DNA from: Octopus vulgaris
Taxonomy: Eukaryota
Assembly: GCA_951406725.2 (NCBI GenBank)
Contig: OX597830.1
Coordinates: forward strand, 45,880,001-45,944,000
DNA: 64,000 nucleotides
Reading direction: 5' to 3'
The translations under genes were made by a program, and so were the position numbers. Shown piece by piece: positions 1 through 11,884 of this stretch (its first letter is position 1; each line of letters opens with the position of its first letter). The notes under the pieces were generated by a model, which was not told the origin of the DNA, did no database searches, and saw only the letters and a list, made by a program, of their open reading frames with translations.

Positions 1-102
1 TGTGGGGGGTAGATTAACTTGGATTTGAAAATACACAAATCACACGCGTAGATTGATGCTTACTAAAATAATAAGGATAAAAGACTTCATCGTTTTCCTT
101 CA

Positions 103-138
<36 letters not shown>

Positions 139-1643
139 TTAAATTTGTGGAAGAAAAAGAACTATTAAATATTATAATTGACTAAAGTATCTCCAAGTAA
201 AAATTACATTCGACGAAAATCCAAGGAATCCAAGCTATGTTCTTCCATAAATTAAATATTTTGTTAAGAGAGAGAAAGAGAGAACGGTGCGTCAGACGGA
301 AGAGAAAGTAGATGGAAGTAGTAATATAGACGACGTTAGTAGATTTCGAGTTAGTGTAGGTAATAGGGAAGTAGGTAGGTAAAACTAGCTGATGCGAGCT
401 ACAAGAGAGAAGAAAGGCGCCGGTTGTAGTCATCATACATACGGCAACACTACTACTACTATAACTACTACTACCACAACAACTACTACTAGTAGTAGTA
501 TTATTATTACTGCTGCTACTACAACTACTACTACTGCAACTACTATTCTGCTTCCCTTCTGTATTTAGTCATTTCACCAGGAAAGAGAGCAAGACCAAAC
601 GTCAGTATCAGCTGATATAGCAGGAGAAAGTGGCCTTGTCATAGTAGCAGTAGTTGGATAGAACAGTGGTCAGTTTATTTATTGGATATTTCCTTACAAG
701 CTTGCCGGATGAATATTAAAACTGGCCATTTTACGAAGTAGTTAACTGCTACAACGACTACTGTTGCAGTTTTGATGAAATAAAAATTTGAAGACAAAAT
801 ACATTCGATTTCTGCAGAGTTCCTAATTAGCTATTATATAAAATCAGTTCTAATAGAACGGAATGACAGACGGGGAAAAGATATGGGAGAAACGGTTGAA
901 GCAATTCTCAAAATGGGGGATCAGTTTCGGTAGCTGTAAATCGATCCCTGTTTATGCAGAACATAGGTGTTTCACAATGAAATTTGGTTTAATATAATTA
1001 AGCAAACTCATCTAGTCTACATAGATACCAGTATAATTAAAGATATATTAGAAAAATAACCGTTTGCTTAAAATGAAATTTAAGGAGTCGGTTTTAGAGT
1101 ATAAAAATGTATGAAGACAAGCAAATCTTGAGAGATAAATGGAGAGTTATCAGTGGTTAATGTTTTGCGCAGACAACCCTCGCCAAGTTCTATCTCCAAT
1201 GTACCTTCGCTCAATGTCTTTACTTCCACCAATATCGTGAACAATGAAAGCAAGAAAGAAAAAAGATTATAGAATAATTCGATGAAGTATCTTAAAAGAA
1301 TGGATCAACTGAAAGAATTCCTTGTTGCTGAGAAGATGATATCTAATTCAATTTCAAGAGAAAAGACATTGGCAAGCGAAGAAATGTGAAGATAAGACAC
1401 TTCACACATGTCTGATATTTAATATTTAACAAGCAAACGTCATATTGCTGGTGTTTTGCTATTCAAAGTCACACATAATAATTAGTCATTAGATTAATAG
1501 CATTTAAAGAGAATGGAAATCGATGACAAGAAACATCCAGGTCAAAAATAGAGGAATTGTATAAAAACGAGATGTTAAAAATAATTGAAATTTGTAGACA
1601 TATTTCTATCAGAAAAATCACTGAATTTATAATACACACACAC

Positions 1644-1699
<56 letters not shown>

Positions 1700-2241
1700 C
1701 AGAGTGTATAAAATATGGAATTAGAATTCATGTTCGTATCATGTAGTATCTGTACACATTGCACACCCACTAATAATAATATAATGCAGCATCAGAGTCA
1801 ACAAGGAAGAATTCTGCCAATAAATCATACAATTTTGACATTTTGTTTTAGATGGGCCTGGGAGGTGTTACATTAGATTGGCAAAATGAACGATGATCGG
1901 TGCTTCCACTCGACCGGTATCAGAATTATTATTATTATTATTATTATTATTGACAAAAACCTGTAAAGAAAACGTGAATTCTCTGCGAAGCTGAGTATGC
2001 AACTCGGTTTCGATTCCTGGTTAAAAATCATTTAACACCATTTTCATTGCTCTTGGCCCCGGAAAAGGCATGAATGTCACACGATCTTTTTTTTTGTTGC
2101 CTTTAAAAATCGGGGCTATTTTGCTCTTGTAAAAATATATTATATAATTATCAAGGCTTCTCTTTTTTTTTAATATTTTCATAACAAAAATCACCGCGAT
2201 TGCTTTCATTTTACAAGGTTGAGAAAAACCGTTTTATTTAT

Positions 2242-2480
2242 GGTACTACTTGAGAACAGTGGTCCCGGTGCGCGCACTCGCGCAAGCTAGTCGTGACTAG
2301 TCGATCCTTATTTTGTGTTTTATTTACTTTGTTTAACAAAAATTATTTACTTCGTGCAAAAAAATTATTTATTGTGTTTTATTTACTTTGCTAGGTAGTC
2401 GTTCTAGGATCGACTAGTCACGACTAGCTAGCGCGACTACGCGAGTGCGCGCACCGGGACCACTGTTCTCGAGTAGTACC
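2242..2480. mobile_element. MITE with about 65-bp GC-rich terminal inverted repeats, in AGAP intron 1
   Basis: GGTACTACTTGAGAACAGTGGTCCCGGTGCGCGCACTCGCG... is mirrored at the right end. Flanks CCGTTTTATTTAT / CCGTTTATTTAT form an imperfect 12-13 bp duplication. Confidence 0.85.
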
Positions 2481-2730
2481 CCGTTTATTTATAATTGGAG
2501 TAATATTAATTGAAATCCTCCCGAATAAACGGCATTAAGCGTGAACCCTTCCTTCACTGTGTCAATCTAAAAGAGAGAGACATGACAGGAGGGCGGCGAC
2601 GGCGACGACGGTGAGAGCTACACAACAATGTTTTAATACAACAGGGACGTTGTTTAAATATTCTTTTATACTTCAGATATACAGATATTTGCTTTGCGAT
2701 GTTGAAAATGTAGAGTGAACTCATACTAAC

Positions 2731-2905
2731 CTTCAATACAAACAACATGTTCGCGAACTTGTTGTTGTATTAACGGATCCTGGATCGCTTCTATCAAGTC
2801 ATAGATGGCATAGATACTGGGATGGACACTTTCAAATCGTTGTATTTCCTGACGAATCGCAAGAGAATTGCTCAAGTAAGGCTGTATTGGACTCCTTAGA
2901 TTCAT
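2731..2905 (-). CDS. AGAP1: First coding exon of an Arf-GAP with GTPase, ANK repeat and PH domains (AGAP1/AGAP3 family, centaurin-gamma); the gene continues left beyond the window
   Basis: Translation [58 protein letters not shown] matches the recalled AGAP N-terminus ([38 protein letters not shown]). It ends in a phase-1 donor ATTGAAG|GTTAGT at 2731/2730. ATG is at 2905. The exact paralogue cannot be resolved. Confidence 0.92.
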
Positions 2906-3010
2906 CCTGGGGTCCGTCAAATGTCATCTTCTTTCATTTAAAACCATAATCCGGTATTTATAAACAAAACAATGAGAAATATTTCCTGACAAGAGATTTC
3001 TGCATTGAAT

Positions 3011-3040
3011 CAAGATGGCTTGGTAGTGGTGCGCATGCGT
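3011..3040. promoter_or_regulatory. AGAP proximal promoter motifs (YY1-like and NRF1-like)
   Basis: CAAGATGGC (3011-3019) and TGCGCATGCGT (3030-3040) lie about 110-135 bp upstream of the AGAP ATG. Confidence 0.6.
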
Positions 3041-3459
3041 GTGGAGACTGTTGTAGAAATTGGGAGGAAAAAACCAAAAGTACGGATGGCTAAATGGGAA
3101 ATAAATGGACTCGTTAACAAATGTGTTAGCAGTAATATTGTCACTCTCTGTTCGATGCAGGCATTAAATTAGATGAGATAACAGACTTGGTAATACATCT
3201 ATTGCATATATCCTGCTTAGATAATATGAATCTCTTTTTTTCCGTTACAATTTTGAATGTTTCGATTGACTGAATGATATCGATTAAATCTATAAAGTGA
3301 ACGTTAAAACAAGTGAATATATCTTGTGTTGGTTGAGTATTTCAGTCTGGAGCTAATAATCTAGAGTAATGAGATTTAGTAAGTCGTCTAGAGGAGAATA
3401 CGATGGTATTTACCTCGCACTTTCATTTTAATTGTTGTCTCAGAATAGTTCTGTAAGGT

Positions 3460-3626
3460 CATGCGCAAAGGTTAATAGCCTTACTTCCGTTAGTGACTTC
3501 CACAAATGAAAGTGATCCTTTTCGCGCCTGCGCAGACGTGAACCAGACATACACAAGTACTTCCTGTCCACCATCCCTGCTGTTACCATGACAACTCTTT
3601 GTCAAAACACGCCAGAAATGGCAACA
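3460..3626. promoter_or_regulatory. Second promoter-like motif cluster (NRF1/ETS/RFX X-box), possibly a divergent promoter
   Basis: ACTTCCG (3483), GCGCCTGCGCA (3524-3534), ACTTCCTGT (3559), X-box GTTACCATGACAAC (3582-3595) and half-site ATGGCAAC (3618). Confidence 0.5.
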
Positions 3627-5554
3627 ATCTTATTTCTGCGGAGAATGTTCTTTCTTTTTCAGCGAATATTTCCTTGTTATTGTCAGATATTTTTATTGAT
3701 ATATTTTAACCTTTCTGACTTGTTAATCAAACTTTTAACAGAAAAGTCAAAATCTTAGCACATCCTTAAATATCATTCCTCGTCTTGGCAACTTAGCGGA
3801 ATATGCTGAGAAGCTCTAATAAGGCTGAAACATTTTAAATCCAGTCTGCATTGTTTGTATTGTTACAAAATTTTTGTTGATTGACTTTGATGGAGTTATT
3901 TCCTTCACTTATTGTTTGGAGACTAGAAGCTCGTAGAGGGAGTTTTGTTAATATCGGTTGATCGAAGTTTTTTAGTTTACTATATTACATGTTTGAGACT
4001 ACCATATTGTAATTATTATGTTGAATGCTTTCCTGTAGTATTTTCTCTCAACGATATTGTTGAAGCACACCTTGTTCAACATGCAAAAATAAGACAAGAC
4101 CTCTGTATGTTGCCCTAGCCACAAACATTTCGGTCGGAACAAGAAATTTGGCCATAATTATGTTTTTAAATATTTTACAAAGTTGGAGTATTTTTTTGTC
4201 TAGAAACATTTTTAATTTGGCTGAGGAAAGTTTTATTACTTAGCCTTTCCCTAATTAGTTAACAGCATATTACTCACAAACATGGGTGATGACATACATA
4301 TAGAGAATATTTTTTAACTCAGCCTTTCACTTCGTGTGTCGCGGCTACAGGTCCTGGCCATCATGGACATCCGTTCCCTCGTGTCATATACACAACATTT
4401 TTTTTTTTTTTTTCAATGTAGCTAGCTAGTAAGACCATTAAGTATCTTCTCTCACTCTTTTTGCTTCAGTTATCCAGTTGGCATAATCAATGTTTTGTCT
4501 TCTCATGTGATGTCCAGTGAACTTATTCTGTTGCTCCTTTATGACGATTTCAACTTATCTAATTACTTTAACATTTGTGACTCTGTACAGAGGTCAGTTT
4601 TCCTCATAAAGAAAAGGCTGTGACGATTGAAAAAAAAAGGACAAACAAATAGTTATATGCAATCAAACTGACATAGGTTTAAAGTTACAACTTTCCAATA
4701 CTATGGCAATGAAAGAAAAATTATTTGAACTCAAACTGTATTTGGTCTTCTCATTAGTAAAGTGTGGATGGGGAAACAAAAGATTTCCCTTTTACAGGGG
4801 TGATCCTGAGAATCATCTGTTTGAGAAGTAAAGGGACACCTCCAGCATTCAGTGAAAGAACCTCATTACTGCACCCTTGACATAAACTTCTACATCTGTT
4901 TGTTGATGTATCCAGATTACCCAGCCATATGTAAAGATTGGTCTATGTGTGCTACTAGAATGCTCTAGCTGTTATTAAAAGCCATTTTATTTGACAATAG
5001 ATATTGGATCCCACTGAAAGCAAACAAATCATTCATTTCATTTCTCTGATGTTTACCCATATGATACTTTCCAAATATTTAAAGCTCTCAACTCCGTCTC
5101 AAGGTTGTTCCATTAATTTTCATGCTGAAAATTGGTGGTTATTTTTTTTTGGTTTTTATTTATTTATTTTGAGATCAACAACTGTCTCAGAATTTTTTGT
5201 GAGAGCGGGGATGGGAGCAAGGTTCTTTTTCTTTTCTTTGATATTGAAACCCAGACCTATAGCTGTCCATCACTTTTGCGTAATTGAGTAATGGAAAAGT
5301 GTCAAATTACAGACAGCTGAAAGATTTACTATTATTATTTTTTTAATATGTGTTGTTATGCTTCTACAAGTGTAAAAATCTATTCCACTGCATGGAAAAC
5401 GGACATGAAATGATGATGATGCTAGACATGTCATGAAGTTACTTGGCAAGATATGTGGCAGCATTTGATTTTTGTAGCCCAAAGTGTTTCGCATCCACAT
5501 CTACACTATGAATAGGTCAGGTGTAGGTGCATGTTTCATTGCAGCTGCATGTTA

Positions 5555-5800
5555 CTGCACTCATCATTTGTTGACATATTCTCAGGTCCCTTAACCCTAA
5601 CCCATCTATCAGAGTTCCAGTCAGTCCTCAACTCTGCAAGATACCTCCTCCTCATCTGCTGAGACCATGTGGCATGTGGTTGATCAGCACAAGCCAGCAC
5701 TCCAACCAGATCTTCAGTGAAGAGAACAGGATAAGCAAGGTCTGGCTCAGAAAAGCGAGCAACATGGCCTGACAGTCTGAGCTGGTGCTCCCAAATTATA
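5555..5800 (-). mobile_element. Degenerate RTE-type LINE 3' fragment
   Basis: QLRLSGHVARFSEPDLAYPVL resembles the RTE ORF2 C-terminal 'LRW.GHV.R' motif. Confidence 0.5.
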
Positions 5801-7103
5801 CAAGTGGAGAAGAAGAAGAAAAGAGTGGAGAAGGAATAAGAGTGAAGAGAAGTACATAAAATACTGCAGTCAAATTGTGTTGGATGAAGAAGTGCAATAG
5901 AGATGACAGAGAAACGAGCACCAGACAAAGAAGATTTGGTATTTAGGGTAAAAATCTGAAATCGAAGCTAACTGTAGATTTGTCACTCCTCATATCAATT
6001 AGACTAAGCAAAACACTCCTATCATAACTTATTTTTTTTACGGTTTTATCCCTCTTGATTCTAGTTTCAAATATTAGTGAGATGAACTTTACCTTTCATT
6101 TCTCCATAGAATTCCTTTATAGGAGGAATTTTGCCAAAATATGTACACTTAGTAATGAATAAATCTCGATTACATTTTTAATAACACTGCAACCAAAATT
6201 GCCCTTTAGCTTATCGTGAAATCAATTCTATGGAATAAAAACATTTATGTAAATCAATTATGTGGAATAAGTACAGCAAAAGCTGAAGAGCCAGAATCCT
6301 ATCCCTATATTGAGAGTGTGTGCGAGTGGAAATATATTTCTATACCACAGGGATTTGCCATTTTGTTAAATTTGTTCCATCAACGGATTTGGTTTCTAAG
6401 CTTAAATACCAATAAATTAAGACTAAATATATTTTCATAATGGATATCTTTAATCGTTGTGCAGCCCTATTCAAGCAAAATAATGGCATGCAAATAGTCC
6501 AAATTCCAGAGAAAATCTATAGATCCAGTGTTTCACCTATACCATGCCTCCATTTGGTTGAGGACCATCTTCTACATTCTACTTTTATTGTATAAATTGC
6601 AAGGTGGCCATTGGGGAATGTTGTTTTTTGAAAAGGAGATGTAACATTCGTTACTTAATGTTCATAATCAGATTTTATTCTGCTTCAAGATTACTTTCTA
6701 CTATTTAAAAATGGTTGTAAAAAATGAAATATTAAAAATGACTGTTGTTCTTATTGATAATGTGATGCTGTAGGTGTTAGGCCAGGATGTTTTCACAACT
6801 TTAAAAAATTTTGAATCTTTGTATGGCATTTCTTGCTAACAGTAACTTCTGTAATTCATTGGGTTATAGAAGTACAACTTCAACATTACTTAAAAAATTT
6901 TGTGTGTACAATGAAGCAGAGTAATGTGGTTAGTTATTGATGAAGCTAAATAAAGCAGTTAGGGTGAAAAGTAACAGAAATCTGTCTTAAGATCAATATG
7001 AACTGTTTAGTGGTATGCAGTGTATGTATGTAAATTGCTTTGCTTAACAAACACACATACATACTCAGAGTTTTATGAGAGAGAGAGAGAAAGATAGATC
7101 AAA

Positions 7104-7313
7104 GAGGTGCTGAAAGGTTCCTGGCTTTAAGGGCATGGCTAAAGGCTTGGTTGAAGGCCCAACTATCCAGATACATTTAGAGAGGTTAGAAACACTGCAG
7201 GATCACTGCCATAAGTGTGTGAATCTGTGAAGGGATTATGTAGAATAAAATCACAATTAACTGATCCTCCTGTATTTTCTTTTACTCAAAGCCAGGAATA
7301 TTTTCAGCACTTC
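7104..7313. mobile_element. Mariner-derived MITE
   Basis: TIRs GAGGTGCTGAAAGGTTCCTGGCTTT / AAAGCCAGGAATATTTTCAGCACTTC. A related copy lies inverted at about 34795-35012. Confidence 0.7.
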
Positions 7314-7758
7314 CTCATGAATAGATGGGTGGGTGGATGGATTAGATAGATAGATAGAGATAAATAGATAGATAGATAGGTAGCTAGATAGATATAGATA
7401 GATAGGTAGACAGATAGATAGAGATAGATATGGAGGTATGGACATATGTGTCCTTATATAATGTGTTGAATTGCATCTAGTTCTGTCAAAAAGTTACTTA
7501 AATCATTCCGTGGATTAAGATGAATAAAACAGATTACAGACTAAAATAAGAACTGGAGAGAGATGATCAAGTAAAAACCCTTGAAACCTGTGCTCCAGCC
7601 TGGCCATCACAGTCTTAATATCTGAAACCAGCAAAAGAATAAACGATATGCGTTTTTAGAACAACTTGTTATTTTTTGCTTAAAACTGTTCAAGATGTTA
7701 ATTACTCAACATTGATTACGATTGAGATACTGAAAATGTTAAACATGAGAGAATAGAA

Positions 7759-8019
7759 CAGTGGTTCCCAAACATTTTTGGGCTGCAGCCCTCTTGACAC
7801 CTTCTGCCCCCACCCCAACTAACCATCACAAACATAAACATCTCTCTGAAGCAAATTCAAAGCAACTGTATTTCACAAATAAAACAACCCAATTAATCCA
7901 TTATTTTGTTGTTTTCACATGAATATCTACCCCCATTATCACCCCATTTTTCTTCAACACCCCCTTGGAACTTTCCACTGCCCCCAGGGGCTCAATACTG
8001 CCCACTTAGGGAGCCACTG
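7759..8019. mobile_element. hAT (Charlie/Buster-like) MITE
   Basis: Ends CAGTGGTTCCCAAAC / TTAGGGAGCCACTG with 8-bp TSD GAATAGAA/GAATAGAG. Homologous to 30091-30608. Confidence 0.8.
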
Positions 8020-8323
8020 GAATAGAGAATGGTGCTTAACTGTTTACTCTTTGTCAACTAATAATTACATATTTTAATGACTTCTGTGTATGAATTCAAT
8101 AAAAGATTTGTTAATTTTTCCTATTTGAAATAAGATTATTATTCTTGAGTTCTTTGTTAGAAATAAAACAGTTTTAAATATTTGCTTTTCCACATCGTTT
8201 TCATCTTCATTCATTGTCAAGTGTTTTATTCCTATATATTTGCATAGAAAGAGACTGGATCTCAGCAACATTTAATTTATTAACTAAAAGTACTAACATT
8301 CTTATCCACAACACTATAAGTAA

Positions 8324-9005
8324 AGTTCTATATTTAAGAGATGAGGAATTATGTAAATTATTTACATTTGACGGATATTTGCCCTCATCTTGTTTGTTAA
8401 CACATTTCAGATGATATATGCTCCAGCCTTCATCAGGTGTTTTGGGAAATTTTGAACCTGGGTTCTCATTCCTAAGATACTTTTTGATATTATTATTATT
8501 ATTATTTAAGGATGGTGAGCTGACAGAATTGGTAGCACACCAGGTGAAATACTTAGTGGTATTTTGTCTGCTGTTACGTTCTGAGTTCAGATTCCACAAA
8601 GGTTGACTTTGTCTTTCATCCTTTCGGGGTTGATTAAATAAGTACCAGTTACACACTGGGGTCGATGTAATCAACTTAATCCTTTTGTTTGTCCCCTCTA
8701 TGTTTAGCCCCCTGTGGGCAATAAAGAAATAATAATAATAATAATAATAATTATTATTATTATTATTATTCAGGTCACTGCCTGGAATTGAACTTGGAAT
8801 CTTGGGGTTAGTAGCCCACACTCTTAACCACCACACCATATGCCCATGGGCATAATAATGATAACATTGAAAATTACCTTAGGAATGAGAACCCAAGTTC
8901 AAAATTTCCCCAAGACACCTGATGAAGTATGGAGGGTGTATCAGCTGAAATGTGTTAACAACAAACAAGATGAGGACAAATATCCATCAAATGTAAATAA
9001 TGTAC
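8324..9005. mobile_element. Inverted-duplicated short element with a tRNA-like head and hammerhead-like motif (Penelope-type ends), interrupted by a SINE
   Basis: About 8355-8495 is the reverse complement of about 8855-9003. CTGATGA cores at 8919-8925 (+) and 8430-8436 (-). tRNA-like head at 8772-8845 (-). Same family as 28354-28603. Confidence 0.75.
8508..8730 (+). mobile_element. tRNA-derived SINE, family A
   Basis: B-box-like GAGTTCAGATTCC, core TTTCATCCTTTCGGGGTTGATTAAATAAGTACCAG and (AAT)n tail. Homologous to 39550-39785. Confidence 0.85.
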
Positions 9006-9130
9006 TACAAATAAGTTATTTAGATTATATTTCAGTAAAAGCAGTCATAATAAATGTATTCAGTGTTTAAGAATATGTTATCTCTCTTAATTTAGAAATA
9101 ATGGTTTCTAGTTCAAAAACAACTCTGATA

Positions 9131-9378
9131 CTCTGCTGTGTCTGGGGAGAGTCATTTTCTTTTTGTGTCTTATAATTTAACACACTCACTGGTAAAATTT
9201 CCACTTATTTCTTATTTTTATTTTCCTAAAATTTTTATTGCATCTTGCAACCTTTTCAATATAAGACGCAACGAAAATTTTAGGAAAATGAAAATAAGAA
9301 ATAAGTGGAAATTTTACCGGTGAGTGTGTTAAATTATAAGACACAAAAAGAAAATGACTCTCCCCAGACACAACAGAA
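9131..9378. mobile_element. Foldback MITE (about 115-bp arms, short loop) flanked by TA, Tc1/mariner-type
   Basis: TGTGTCTGGGGAGAGTCATTTTCTTTTTGTGTCTTATAATTTAACACACTCAC... has a near-perfect reverse complement ending at 9372. TA at 9129-9130 and 9379-9380. Confidence 0.8.
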
Positions 9379-9984
9379 TATGCTTCAACACACGAACTCA
9401 CATAAAGAATCTTGCAAACCAAATCCCAAAACGAAACTCTGATACTATTTACACATCTAAGTAATAAAACATCTGCTGATAATTGCACATCAAATCAATT
9501 GAGATGCAAGGAAGTTAAGGTTACAAGTTCAAAAAACACTCTTACAACTCATCACAAGCATTTAATTATTGATTTGGAATTTCAAGGTTTATATCAATTC
9601 TTGACCAGAGGTCTAAAACAGAAAATAGTTGACTTGATTCTGTGACTTGTTATCATTTCAACTAAATTGTGCAATGAAGTACAAACTTACAAACTGTGGT
9701 TGAACTTCATACTGTTGCTTGACTGTTGAACGCTTCAAAAATATTAAAACCCCTGACTTCTCTATACAATTACTTACAGTACTTTCATACTTAGAAAATT
9801 TTTTAAAGATTTCATGCAAGAAACCAGTTTAGCTGACACACAATAATCAGTAGAAGAAATGCTAAACAGTTGCAGATTAACAAAAAGATCTCTCATAAAA
9901 CGGTCATTTTCTGAAGTGGAGAATTAATTATGCTTAGTTATTATTAGCCATAGTTCATTTGTTATTAAATATTTATTTCTTTAG

Positions 9985-10052
9985 AATATTGTTATTGTCA
10001 TTGCATCTGTATTTGTTACAAGCTCCAACTATCTGGATATGCTAGTAACCAG
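9985..10052 (+). other. Candidate 68-nt spliced exon of an unidentified plus-strand transcript
   Basis: Acceptor TTATTTCTTTAG| and consensus donor CAG|GTAAGT in non-repetitive sequence. No recognisable protein. Confidence 0.3.
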
Positions 10053-10564
10053 GTAAGTTAATCATTTAATCAATAATGAGCAGTGCTAAATAATAGACAA
10101 CATGATCTGAATGGAAAATAGGATGGAAGGAAATAGCAACCAACAATACAACATAAAAGAGACAGGAAAACAATGAACTGGAAGAGGAAAACAGTTCAAG
10201 AGGGCTGACCTAAATGAAGCAAAGTTTGTCACAAAACTTTCTTCTGTCTGTTTTTTGTTGACCATAACTGGAGAAAGGAAATTCCACCGTTGTGGTGGCT
10301 GATAGTGCTTAAGAATTCAAGTAATTCAGTCTGTGGCCATGAACAATTATAGGTCAGCAAACCTGTCTTCTAGCTTCCTAGGGTTTTCTTTTGGTCGATG
10401 TATATTTATCCAGGAGTAAATTAAATAATTTGAAATGAGAGACAAACTGGTAGAGTTATCAGAGAGCTAAAATACTTTGAGATAGTTGTTCTGGTTCTTT
10501 GCATTCTTAGTTCAAATGCAATGGAGGTCAACTATGCCCTTCATTCTTTTAGGATCAATCAATA

Positions 10565-11472
10565 AGAGGAGGTACCCAAAAGTAACTGAAATGTTCTCCG
10601 TGGGACAAGCACATTGTAGTTCAGGCTTCCACTGCTAGAAGCCACTTGATGCAACCCTCAGGCATTAGTTCACTGACTAGCATTGATCTAGTGAGGTCAA
10701 ACTGCCATGTGGTGTGTTTTTGTTTTGCAGTGCTTCTCCCTTGTTTGTCAATTTTTGCAATGGCAGAAACGAAGAAATAGCATGCTTCTGCGAAATTCTT
10801 TTACTGCTGAGGAAAACAGCGGCCAAAATAGTTGTCATGCTTCAAACAGCTTATAAGAATGCTGCCATAAGTAAAACACAAGTTTATAAATGGTTTTCAT
10901 GCTTTAGGAATGGTCACTTGTTGCTTGAAGACCAACCTTGATATGGGAAACCATTGACCTATCAAATGAATGAATACATCACGAAAATTTGTGAACTGAT
11001 GTTGGAGGGCCATTGCTGAACAATTGATGAACTTGTTGATGTGACTGGTGTGTCCTGGAGCTCCTGCCAATGAATTTTGAGTGAGGAATTGTGAATGAAA
11101 AGAGTTGCAGCAAAATTTGTGCCTCGCTTACTCACAAAAGATCAAAAACGGTCATGATTGAATGTATGTTATGAACTGAAAGAACAGTTGGAAGTTGATC
11201 CAAACCCTTTTTTTAAAAGTCATCACTGGTGACAAAAGCTAGTACTATGGAATTTATAGATGTGGAAGAGATGAAGAAAAAAAAATGACAAAGTTGTTAA
11301 AAGGTATCACTTCTCAAGGGTTCCAGGATTGCTTCAAACAGTGGAAAACGCCTCTGGACCAATGCATTGCTTCAAATGGAGAATACTTTGAAGGCGATAA
11401 AAGTGTAAACATATAAATCGAAGTAAATAAAATAATATTGCAAAATTCCAGTTTCTTTTGAGTACCCCCTTG
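10565..11472 (+). mobile_element. Internally deleted mariner transposon (transposase pseudogene)
   Basis: TA-flanked TIRs AGAGGAGGTACCCAAAAGTAACTGAAAT / ATTCCAGTTTCTTTTGAGTACCCCCTTG. HTH region KTQVYKWFSCFRNG, then AKFVPRLLT, VITGDKS and C-terminal CIASNGEYFEGD, with stops. Confidence 0.9.
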
Positions 11473-11884
11473 TAAAGTATTTATCAAATACAGAAGTTAA
11501 TACTTCTCTGCCCACCACCTCTCTCTCTCTCTTTCTCTCTCTTTAGTCCTAGGATAACTATACTCTTTTTTGCATGAATCATGGTTCTTCCTTCCCTGTC
11601 CACAAGTGCCAGGGGTCCATAAGCTGCTCTTCTTCCTTTGATTAATCCATAAAAAAATGCTAGTTTATTAATGTCTGAATCATTAAATTTGTAGCCAGAA
11701 TACAATTCAGATGCTATTTCTCTTAGTAGATTGGTGTTTTAGAAGATTTGTCAAGCTTACTGGTGCCACGGGTTAAATTAATGATTCCAATTTTGAGTGA
11801 TAATCCTATCATTTATTTAATCCTTACTCAGCATATTCACAGAAAGGAAAAATATTTTCTTTAACTTCAACATTTGTATGGAAT

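Noticed and set aside
182-436. 84-aa minus-strand ORF as an AGAP exon
   Set aside because: No similarity to the expected next AGAP residues (DSFVNSQEW..) and no clear splice sites.
8207-8839. 210-aa ORF
   Set aside because: It reads through SINE and microsatellite sequence (poly-N/poly-Y) and has no protein family signal.
8772-8845. Functional tRNA gene
   Set aside because: Acceptor, D and T stems pair poorly and it is embedded in a repeat. The same applies to the other SINE heads.
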